64,000 nucleotides of DNA from Mobula hypostoma (taxonomy: Eukaryota), in NCBI RefSeq assembly GCF_963921235.1, contig NC_086101.1, positions 16,058,001 through 16,122,000 of the forward strand. Reading direction: 5' to 3'. Each line of letters begins with the position of its first letter. Positions within the stretch are counted from its first letter, which is position 1. This document shows, in pieces, positions 50,828 to 61,224 of this stretch. A model generated the notes under the pieces. The model did not search any database, was not told where the DNA came from, and saw only the letters and a list, made by a program, of their open reading frames with translations. A program made the translations under genes and the position numbers.

Positions 50828-51922
50828 CTGTAAAATTAATTATGTGCATATTAATGCAGACACTGACAGATTTACAACTATCCTCTCCTTTCTACAGGCA
50901 CCCACACTCTCTGTGTAAAGAACTTAATTCTTAAATTCCCCCTATACTTTCCTCCAAACACCATAAAATTATGGCCCCTCATATTAGTGAGTTCAGCCTG
51001 GGGAAAAAGTCCACTTGATCTCTGCCACTTATCATTTTGTATTGCTCTATCAATCCACCTCTCTCCTCCTTCGCTCTAAAGAAAGCCCTGGCTCACTCAG
51101 CTTATCCTCTCCAATCCTGGCAGCATCATGGTAAATAATGATGTGAAGAGGACTCAGCACAATACACAATTGTGGTCTAACCAGGGTTTTATAGAACTGC
51201 ATTACTTCACGGTTCTTGAACTCATCTCCCAATTAATGAAGACCAACACACCATACGCCTTTTTCATGGCTCAATCAACTTGCACGGCAATGTTGAGGGA
51301 TCTACGGACATGGACTCCAAGATCCCTCTGTTTCTCCACACTGCAAGAGATTCTGCCAGTCACCCTGTATTCTGCCTTCAAATTAAGCCTTCCTAAGTGA
51401 ATCACTTCCCACTTTTCAGGATAGAATTCCACGTGCCATTCTCAGCCCAGCTCTGCATCCTATCAATGGCCTGTTGTAATCCTTGCCACCATTTCACACT
51501 ATCCACAACTCCACAAACTTCATGTTATCTACAAGCTTACTAACACACCCTCCCACTTCTTCATCCGAATCATTTCTAAAAATCACGAAGAGCGGCGGTC
51601 CCAGAACAGAGCAGTACAGAGCACCACAGTTCACCATTCTCCAAGCAGGATAGGCTCCATCTACAACTACCCTCTGCCTCCTACAGGCAAGAAAATTCTG
51701 AACCCCCTCTGTGGGTAAGGCAATTCTGAATCGACATTTGAATTGCCAAGGACACGAGGCTAAGTGGTGGAAGGTGGTGTTAATTCTGATGGGTACCCAC
51801 AGGTCAGCTTGGAGAAGAAGGGCTGAATGGCCAGGTTCTATGCTGCATGACACTCTACCTAACATCACAGACAAATCTGCCTAATGCGCTCACATGGATT
51901 GGCTCTGGGGGCTTTTACTTAC

Positions 51923-51960
51923 CCGCTGTGGTGCTGTCATTCAGAGTAGATAGCTCCTGT
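51923..51960 (-). CDS. Cytoplasmic exon C2 (38 nt, RQELSTLNDSTTA)
   Basis: Acceptor tttccactttttctcttcag, donor CGG|gtaagt, phase 2-1, 97-nt intron to C1. Confidence 0.8.
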
Positions 51961-52057
51961 CTGAAGAGAAAAAGTGGAAAATGTTTACTCCCTGTGTGTC
52001 CCTTTACATTGCAATGGAACACATTCTGTAAAACACAAGCGTGTAGCAAGCACTCAC

Positions 52058-52076
52058 CTTTGAAACAGGAGAGAAT
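52058..52076 (-). CDS. Cytoplasmic micro-exon C1 (19 nt, NSLLFQ)
   Basis: Long pyrimidine tract (ctttcttctctccttcccttcacag) and AAG|gtgagt donor. Phase 1-2 links the TM exon to C2. Confidence 0.78.
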
Positions 52077-53084
52077 CTGTGAAGGGAAGGAGAGAAGAAA
52101 GATGCTGATAAGTCAATAAACACAAGTAATTCTGCAGATACTAGAAGTCCAGCGATCCACACACAAAATGCTGGATGAACTCAGCAGGTCAGGCAGCATT
52201 TATGGAAAGCAATAAACGGTCGATGCTTCTGATCAAGGGCCTCCAACAGGACTGGAAAGGAAGGGGGTAGAAGCCAGAACAAGAAGATAATGTGAGGGGA
52301 AGGGAGTGGAGTACAAACTGCCAAGTGATAGGTGAGACCAGGTGAGGGGGAAGGTGGGCAGGTGATGGAAGGCGCATGAAATAAGAAGCTGGGGGGAGGG
52401 TGATAAGTAGAACAGGTGAAGGGTTGAAGATGAAGGAATCTGACAGGAGAGGACAGAGAATAATTGAAGGGAAGGACAAGGGGCATCTGAGGAAGGAGAT
52501 GATTGGGTAAGGAGAAGGAAAGGGGCTGAGAGGGTAACCAGAATGAGGAATGGAAAAAGAGAGAAGGAGAGAAGAGGAGAGGAATCAATGTTAATGCCAC
52601 CAGGTTGGAGGCTACCTACATGGAATATGAGGTGTTGCTCCTCCACCCTAAGTTTGGCCTCATTGTGGTGGTAGAGGAAGCCATGGACAGGATTGTCAGA
52701 ATGGGAAAGGAAGTCAAATTGAAATGAGTGGTCACCAGGAGTGCGCTTGTTCTCAGTTCCACCCAGGAGGGAAAGGTGGCTTCAGAATGCACTGGTTTCC
52801 CACTTAGCACTCATAACCGAGTCAGTTGTATGGACAAATCATATGGATACTTGCTTCCATTGGGCAGCACAGGGAGTATAAAAGATAATGATACGGCTTT
52901 ATAAGGAATTGGTTAGGTCACAGCTGGAGGACTGTACACAATTCAGGTACCACGCTGAAGGAAGGATGTGATTGCACTGGAGAGGGTGCAAAGACAATTT
53001 ACAAGGATGTGACCCACTGCCACTCACATAGAGATAATTGTTCTTAGTCTCTTCATTCTTGTTTATGTTATTTTTATTTAGGGA

Positions 53085-53330
53085 CACAGGGCAGTAACAG
53101 ACCCTTCCAGCCCAACGAGACTGCTCTGTGCAGTTACACCCATGTCACCAATTAACCTGACAACTTGTATGTCTTTAGGATGTGGAGGGAACTGCTGCAC
53201 CCAGTGGAAACCTACGCATTCACGGGGAGAACACACAAATTCCTTAGAGTCAGTGGAAGGAATTGTGCCACCCCTTTGCTGGCACTGTAACAGTGTTACA
53301 GGAACCACAATGTCACCGCGCCACCCCACT
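53085..53330 (-). mobile_element. V-SINE/HE1-like SINE
   Basis: Minus strand reads cagtttccctcc-like core ..ccacatcctaaagacatacaagttgtcaggttaattgg.., followed by a CR1-type tail. Confidence 0.6.
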
Positions 53331-54714
53331 ATTCTACCTTCACTGTCCCTGATGAGCATTTCTTTTTGCACTACGATGCATTGCACTGCTCTCCTTGCAC
53401 CAGTCTGTTGTCTTGTCCTCATGGCTGTATTTGTTGTTGTATTTAATGTTACCACGTACACCAGTGAGCTTCAAACAGGGAAGGGATTTCATCGCATCTT
53501 GGAGCGGTTGACAATAAATTTATCCAGCCTAGTCATCAGAGAAAGCTGCAGAATTGGGCACAATTACAATTAGGTTCCGACTGACTGGGCCTTGTGCCTC
53601 TTGATCGCACTGATGTTCAATACTGGGACCCACCAACTCGAGACAGTCCAGAATTCATGGGTGTCCTTTATGGACATTTTCACCCACATTACTAACCTTT
53701 GTGCACAGAGCAGAGGCCTAAACTCTGAATGTACTTCATCGCCATGACAGTATCGCTGGATTTCGAGCACGGAGCAGAGTCCTGGACTCGGAGTGCACCT
53801 TCTCAACTATCCACATCACTGGGCGCAGAGTGGAGTGCTGACCTCTACCTCCTTTACATCCCTGTCTATGTCCATACACCCTAATCTGACCCCTAACTCC
53901 ATTGACTGTCCTGAAAACCATCCCTACAAACTTAAAAGCACAACTTAGTCTGGGCCATGATCTCAAGAGATACCACAGCTCGCACCACGATGACCAAAGG
54001 CATATGGGACCAGACATCTCAGTCAGCAGAGATGAGTTGGGCTGAAGGGCCTGTGTCTGTGCTGATGACTCACAGATCTACTACCTCAATTGCCCTGCTC
54101 ATCTGCACATGCTGGTGAACCCCTTGGGCTTTCCAAACGTTCCTCACCTTTAAGGATATAAGGCATTGGTCAAAGAACATTGGTAGTGTTATGTGCAGTT
54201 TTGGGCTCCATATCTAGGAACCAATGTGCTGGCATTGGAGAGGATCCAGAGGAGAATAACAAAACTGATTTGGGAATGAAAGAGTAAGTGTATGAGGATT
54301 GCTAGCTCTGGGCCGTACTCGCTGGAGTTCAGAAGAATGGTGGGGAGGGATCTTACTGACATCTATCAAATACTGAAAGGCCTAAACAGAGTGTATGTGG
54401 CGACAATATTTCCAATATTGAGAGAGTCTTGGACCTGAGGGCACTGCTTTGAATAGGAGATAAGGAGGAGTTTCATTAGCCAGAAGATTCATTGCCACAG
54501 ATGAATGTGGAGGCCAAATCATTGGGTATATTGAAAACACAGGTTGATAGGTTGAGTATTGGTTTCTAAGGTTATGGAGGAAGGCAGGAGAATGGTGTTG
54601 AGAGGGAAAACAAATCCCTCAATGGTAGAGTAACTCGTTGGGCCGAATGGCCAAACCCTGCTATGTCTGATGATCCTATACTGGCCATAGAGGTATATGA
54701 TTCAGTCTCCTTAC

Positions 54715-54828
54715 TGGCTACGCTGCGTAGTTTTCTACGAAACAGGGTGCTGACGAGCAGGATGCTCCCTTGTATTCCAAAGACCGTTAACAGGATCACC
54801 AGGAGAATTGTGACAGGTTTCAGTATGC
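54715..54828 (-). CDS. Transmembrane exon of the NCR3-like receptor
   Basis: Acceptor gttttctcccccacag|GC, donor GCCA|gtaagg, 114 nt, phase 1-1. Encodes GILKPVTILLVILLTVFGIQGSILLVSTLFRRKLRSVA: a hydrophobic helix followed by a basic stop-transfer RRKLR. Confidence 0.88.
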
Positions 54829-55306
54829 CTGTGGGGGAGAAAACAACTCAGAACACATGAGCACAAATGGGCCATTTGGCCCTTCGAGACCTGTGAAGCA
54901 CGCAATGATATGGCAGCTGACCTGAAAGTGTTTAACCCCACTGGTGAAATCATTCCTGTTCCTGCCACACACCCTCCTCACTATTCCAGGGCAGGAAGCA
55001 CAGGGAAGTTGCTCTTCCAATAATTGTATAGGATGACCAAAAGGTAATAAAGTCACATTGAACGTTGATCTTCGTCTAACATTTAAATGTCCTACACTAA
55101 TCCCATTTATTTTCCTATTAATTTTACTGATAAATGATCCTCCCCACCTTCTCTTCAAATCCATCGAACTTTTACCACTTCCCAATACACTGGGGGCAAT
55201 TTACAGCAATCAATTAAACCACTGATCTTGGGGTGTGGGAGAAAACCAGAGCACCCAGGGGTGGGGGTTGGCCACACCATCACAGGGAGAATCCATTAAG
55301 AATAGG

Positions 55307-55560
55307 ATAGGACAGTGTGTGACCCACTACCCCACTGGGTCCCAGAGGGGAATAGGACAGTGTGTGACCCACTACCCCACCCGGTCCCAGAGGGGGAAGA
55401 GGGTAGTGTGTGATTGACTGCTTCACCTCAACCCAGAGCGGGAGAGAACACCTTGTAACTCACTGCCCCACCCAGTCACAGAGGGAAGAGGACAGTGTGT
55501 GACCCACTGCCGTACTGGGTACCAGTGTGAGAGAGGATTGTGTGTGACCCATTGCCACTC
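55307..55560. repeat. ~45-bp tandem repeat (ggacagtgtgtgacccactaccccac core) in the V-TM intron
   Basis: Two near-perfect units plus several degenerate ones. Confidence 0.8.
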
Positions 55561-55745
55561 TTCTATAATCTGCACACTGAGCCAATCATTGTTGATGGGT
55601 TGATAAGTGTGTGATCTCCAGCCAGTCACCCCAATGTAATTCTTGTTATCTGTAGTCTCCCATCTACATTCAGCGATGGTCAGCAGGGTGGGTGATGGTG
55701 GGTGGTAATAAGCTCAGTATTGTCTCGGGCTGGGGAACCACTCAC

Positions 55746-56075
55746 CTGTGTGACTGACGGTCAGCCGTACTCCTTCTCCGATTTCCTCGCCAATCCCGTC
55801 TATCCGTACTTTGCAGAAGTACATTCCAGAATCGCTCTCCCTCAAACCCACCAGCTTTATGGAAGCTTTGAAGGAATCCTCCTGGTCAGGCCCAAGGACG
55901 CGCCCTGCATACTCTGCCGTCCCGTTGGAGACTTCGGATGTGTTCCTGTACCAGCTGTAGAACACAATGTCTCCGGAGTGATTGGCATTATGGCTGCAGA
56001 CCATGAGGACCGTTTCACCCTCACCTGCAAATATACTGGACTGGCCTTGCGTAACTGTGAAGTTCTTGCTTTTTC
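55746..56075 (-). CDS. NCR3: Ig V-set (germline-joined VJ) domain exon, NKp30/NCR3-like
   Basis: Acceptor ttctcctttcccattgcag|GA, donor ACAG|gtgagt, 330 nt, phase 1-1. Peptide NFTVTQ..VLMVC..YSWYR..EVSNGTAEYAGRV..DSGMYFCKVRIDGIGEEIGEGVRLTV has B-strand C, C-strand W, DxGxYxC and a J-like GxGxRLTV in one exon. It resembles human NKp30 as I recall it (EVRNGTPEFRGRL, YVCRVEVLGLGVGTGNGTRLVV). Four N-glycosylation sequons (NFT, NHS, NTS, NGT). Confidence 0.92.
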
Positions 56076-56519
56076 CTGCAATGGGAAAGGAGAAAGTCAA
56101 TGCTTCCCATTTGGAAGTTGGCCATTGGAGTGAGAATTAAGACCCAGTGTTAAAAACTGGACACATTCAACATTTGAAATTGTTTGTTGTCAATCGTCAG
56201 TACAAGAGTTTAAAGGAGGATGAAATCATTCTTTCTCCAGTTCAGACGCAGCATTAAAGAGAGACAATAAGCGTAAAAACAAATAAATATATAAATATAC
56301 ACCCATCCTATAAAACACAACCTACAAGTAACTGTAAAGTGACAGTGCATGGGAAGGGTGCTGAGGGCTGTGGAGAGGAGTGGCTGATGTGGATGTAGTG
56401 GTAGTGGGGTGGGTTAATGGTGGAGGTGTTGATCAACCTGATAACATTGGGGGAAGTATCTGTTTTTGAGTCTGGTCCTTGGTGGTGGATAAGCCGATAC
56501 CAAGGATATGTTCTGTATT

Positions 56520-56995
56520 TTGAAGGGCTCATATAACAAGCTCTTCATTGGCTTGTCATATGAAGAGTGTTTGATGGCTCTGGGTCTGTATTCGCTGGAA
56601 TTCAGAACAAGGGGTGACCTCATTGAAGCCTATCGAACAGTGAAAGGCCTTGATAGAGTGGATGTGGGGAGGATGGTCCTATGGAGGACGAGTCTAAGAC
56701 CGGAGGACACAGCCTCAGAATAGAGGGGTGTCCTTTAGGAAGGAGATGAGGAGCAGTTTCTTTAGCCATTGAGTGGTTAATCTCTGGAATTTCTTGCCAC
56801 AGACAGCTGTGGAGGCCAAGTGTTCATGTATACTTGAGACAGAGGTTCTTGATTGGTCAGGACATGAAGAGACACAGAGAGAAGGCAAGTGATTGGGGTT
56901 GAGAGGAGAATGGATCAGACATGATGAAATAACGGAACAGACTCTTCCAAATCAGGCCAAATGGCCTAATTCTGCACCTATGTCTTATGGTGTTA
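56520..56995 (+). mobile_element. CR1 3' fragment
   Basis: LSYEECLMALGLYSLEFR..GDLIE motif and CR1 3' UTR. Confidence 0.8.
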
Positions 56996-57159
56996 TTTAA
57001 CTACCTGCTGTAGAGTCGTCCTATCCATCACTGTGAGTTTCTGTACCACACAGCGATCCAGCATGTTAGGATGCTCTCTAATGTGCATCCAAACATGTTC
57101 CATAACCTGGGCTTCTAAACGTCCCTCTGCAATTCTATTCTTGCCATCCTCACTGGGAG

Positions 57160-60100
57160 ACCAGAGTCTGTGCGGGTTGGAAATAATATCACCACCTCGC
57201 TGACAATCAACACTGGTGTACCTCAAGGATGCATGCTTGGCCCACTGCTCTACTATCTCTACACTGACTATTGTGTGGCTAGGCACAGCTCAAATGCCAT
57301 TTATAAATTTGCTGTCGTCACAATTATTCTTGGCAACATTTTAGATGGTGATGAGGAGGTGTACAGGAGTGAGAAAGACCAGCTGGTTGAGTGGTGTTGC
57401 AACAACAACCTTGAACTCAACATGAATACCTAGAAACTGATTATGTACTTCGTGAAGGAGAGGCCAAGGGAACACACCCCAGTCCTCATCAGAAGTGGAA
57501 ATAGTGAGCAGCTCTTGGGTGTCACCATCCCTGTGGATCTATCCTGGGCCCGGTATATTGATCCAATTACAAAGATGGTACAACATAGGCTCTATTGCAT
57601 TTTGAGTTTTTGGAGATTTGGTATGCCAAAAATACTTGCAGATTTGTAGATTTCTACAGATGTACTAATTGATTGCAGCACTGCCTGACACCGAGCGGCC
57701 ACTGCACAGGACGGGAAAAAGTTGCATAAAGAGTTTGTATATAAACTCTTATAGTAATTTATAGATTTTATTATTATGTATTGCTGCAGCTGTAAAAAGC
57801 ACATTTCATGACATCTGCCGGTGATATTAAACCCGATTCCATTCTCATTCTCATCCTAACATGCTTCATCGTTGTGTGTTATGGAAGGTTGTGAGTATTG
57901 ATGTCCAGCTATCTTCAGCATTCTCAGAAAATTGAGATTTCAGTGAGAGACAATCAGTCTCTCTCTGAGATGCATGGAATATCTTCCCCTAACAGGGAGC
58001 ATTGTCCTAGGGGCGTGGGGTCCAGTCTCAACAAAGCAGCTGGCTATTTGGATAGATGGCTCCATGGGCCGGAGAGCCTTAGGATGGTTATAGAGGCTGA
58101 GTTGCAGAGTATATTCAAGCAGAGATTGACAGATTCTGCCTTCCACCACTGATTTTGGAACCAGAGTTTTCCCATACTAATGCACACCAGATGCTGGAGG
58201 AACTCAGAGGGCCGGGCAGCAGCTGTGGGGGGAGAAATTTCCAGTCGTCTGGACTGAAAGACCGAAGAGATGTGGCCAGAAACAAAAAGATAATAGGAAA
58301 GGGGTAGAGCAAGTGCAGGTGGATCCAGGTGAGGAGGAGGTGATAGGCAGAAGGGGGAAGGAAGGTGGAGGTAGCCATGGAGGCTGGGAGGTGGTAGGTA
58401 GCTGTGACAAAGTACTGTAGATGTTGGAGTTTTAGAACTCAGGTCTCAGCATTTCTTTATTGTGCAGTTTGTCTTCTTTTGTTTGTAGGGATAACGGAGT
58501 AGATCAGGAGGAGGGGAAAAGGGTCAGAGGGGGAGCAGTGTGCAGGAAGTTGAAGAATTCAAAGTTCACACTGTCAGCTTGTGGACAGCCCAGGGGGAAG
58601 TAGAAGATGATGTTCCTCTAGCTTGCGTTTGAGCTGACCCTGACAGTGAGGAGGCTGAGGATAGATGTGTTGGTATGGAAATGTGGAGTGGAAATGAAAT
58701 GGGTAGCAAATGAGAATGGGGAACATCATGCATACAAGCTCGAGTGAACTTGTATCATTCACCATGGAAGCAACAACTTGCCCAAATATCCTGCTGGCAT
58801 TCTTCAAGGAGAGAAATGGATGATCTCAAACCGGGAATTTACTGCTCAGCACTTCAAGGCCCATCTGAAAGTAGCTGCCCCGTTCAAAGGCAAAGGAGGG
58901 AGATAGAATTTCCCCACATGGTGGGTAATCTGGCAGACTTCAGAAAGGGTAAGATGACAGAACATAAACCAATCCGTATAGAGGGATCGGAAGTGGAGAG
59001 AGTAAGCAGGTTCAAGTTCCTGGCTGTCAATATCTCTGAGGATCTAACCTGGCCCCAACATAATGATGCAGTAATATAGAAGGCAAGACAGCAGCTGTAT
59101 TTCATTAGGAGTTTGAGGATCGTTGTTTTGTGACTTAAAACACTTGAAAACTTATATAGATGTACTGCGGGGAGCATTTTGACAGGCTGCATCACTGACT
59201 GGTATGGGGAAGGGGGGAGTTGGTGGGGTGCTATTGTACACAATTGAAAGAAGCTACACAAGTATGTAAAATTAGTCAGCTCCATCTTGGGTACCAGCCT
59301 TCACAGTATCTAAGACATCTTCAAGCAGTGGTGCCTCAGAAAGGCGGCGTCCATCATTAAGGACCCCCATCACCCAAGACATGCCCTCTTCTCATTGATA
59401 CCATCGGGAAGGAGGTACAGAAGCCTGGAGGCTCACACACTCAGCGATTCAGGAACAGCTTCTTCCCTCTGCCATCTAATTTCTCAATGGACTTTGAACC
59501 TATGAACACTACCTCACATTTTTTAAATTATTTCTGTTTTTGCATGATTTTTAAATTAAGTTTATAATATACATTTACTTTACTTTGTTGTCGCCAAACA
59601 ATTGATACTAGAGCATACAATCATCACAGCGATATTTGATTCTGCACTTCGCACTCCCTGGAGTACAAATCGATAGTAAATATTAAAAATTTAAATTATA
59701 AATCACAAATAGAAAATAGAAAAGGGAAAGTAAGGTAGTGCAAAAAAACCGAGAGGCAGGTCCGGATATTTGGAGGGTATGACCCAGATCCGGGTCAGGA
59801 TCCATTCAACAGTCTTATCACATTTGGAAAGAAGCTGTTCCCAAATCTGGCCATACAAGTCTTCAAGCTCCTGAGCCTTCTCCTGGAGGGAAGAGGGACG
59901 AAAAGTGTATTGGCTGGGTGGGTCGTGTCCTTGATTATCCTGGCAGCACTGCTCCGACAGCGTGCGGTGTAAAGTGAGTCCAAGGACAGAAGATTGGTTT
60001 GTGTGATGTGCTGGGCGGTATTCACAATCTTCTGCAGCTTCTTCCGGACTTAGACAGGACAACTTCCATACCAGGTTGTGATGCACCCTAGAAGAATGCT

Positions 60101-60630
60101 TTCTACAGTGCATCTATAAAAATTAGTGAGGGTTTTAAGGGACAGGCCAAATTTCTTCAGTTTTATAAGGAAGTAAAGGCACTGGTGGGCCTTCTTGGCA
60201 GTGGACTTTGCTTGGTTGGACCAAGTCAGGTCATTTGTAATATTGACCCTGAGGAACTTAAGCTTTCGACCTGTTCCATTTGCGCACAACTGACGTAAAT
60301 AGGGTTGTGCGGTCTGCTACACCTTCTGAAGTCAACAACCAATTCCTTCGTCTTGCTGACATTGAGGTAATTGTCTTCGCACAATGCCACAAGGTTCTTA
60401 ATTTCCTCTCTGTACTCAAAACTCATCAATACCTGAGAAACGGCCCACAATTGTGGTGTCATCAGCAAACTTATATATTGAGTTTGATGGAAACTTGGCT
60501 ACACAATCATGGGTGTACAGTGAGTACAGCAGGGGGGTGAGTATACAGCCTTGTGGGGCACAGATCTCAGAGGGATTGTAGAGGAGAGCTTGTCCCCTAT
60601 TTTTACAGCCTGGGTCCTGTCTGTGAGGAA
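57160..60630. mobile_element. Cluster of Rex1/Babar-like LINE fragments on both strands, with a Penelope remnant
   Basis: [16 protein letters not shown] (57170-57433, +), fragments at 58900-59520 (+), LNVSKTKELVVDFRR (60226-60468, -) and ARCRSSAARIIKDTTHP (59795-60025, -). Confidence 0.8.
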
Positions 60631-61224
60631 GTACATTTATACTTACTGTAATTGATCTACTTACTTCTTATTTTTTCTACATTACCATGTATTGCATTGT
60701 ATTGCTGCTTAAGTTAACACATTTCACAACATATGCCGGTGATATTAAACCCGATTCTGATACTGATTCCGTTTCTGGTTCTGATCCTGCCATCAGTCAG
60801 AGTTGGCATTGGGGTAGAAACTTTGGAAGAATAAGGTGGTAAAACACGAGCAGAAATATTTTAACAAAGAGTTTGATTGGGCTATGGACTGGAAAGTGCA
60901 GTAGTTACTACGTTAAAAAACAGTACTGTACAGGGATGGGCCCTTCGGTAAACAATGTTGTGCCAAACTAATTGGTGACCAGATGTCCAATTAAACTAAC
61001 CCTTCCCAACATAATATCCGTATCCCTCATTTCCTGCACATCCTGTTTACGAGCCTGTTGAATGCCTGATTGTATCTGTCTGTGAAAAACACTTGCCCAC
61101 ACTTCTCCTTTGAACATTCCCCCTCACCTTAAATTCACACTCTCTGGAATTGGAAATTTTTCCCTGTGACAATGATATTAATTGTCTCCTCTGTCTATGT
61201 CTCTAATAAACTATAAACCTCTAT

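Larger units (their letters stand above)
30425..56075 (-). other. NCR3: NKp30/NCR3-family VJ-type IgSF receptor gene (leader exon not located): V exon + TM exon + 11 cytoplasmic exons
   Basis: 13 exons with GT..AG boundaries whose phases chain without a break (V 1-1, TM 1-1, then 1-2, 2-1, 1-0, 0-0, 0-2, 2-1, 1-0, 0-2, 2-1, 1-0, 0-end). They give one open frame from an Ig V domain through a TM helix to a Tyr-motif tail. AATAAA at 30425-30430 on the minus strand. The symbol denotes family membership, not proven orthology. Confidence 0.75.

Noticed and set aside
53142-53573. Plus-strand ORF with a hydrophobic stretch (LLAPVCCLVLMAVFVVVF)
   Set aside because: It overlaps a SINE and a T/G-rich retroelement tail and is on the wrong strand for the receptor. 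The true TM exon is at 54715-54828.
55702-56133. 143-aa plus-strand ORF overlapping the V exon
   Set aside because: Antisense shadow of the V exon with no recognisable motifs.
58750-58870. Candidate leader exons upstream of the V exon (donors gtgaat, gtaaat)
   Set aside because: The phase-1 frame has no ATG, or is only 7 codons long and not hydrophobic.
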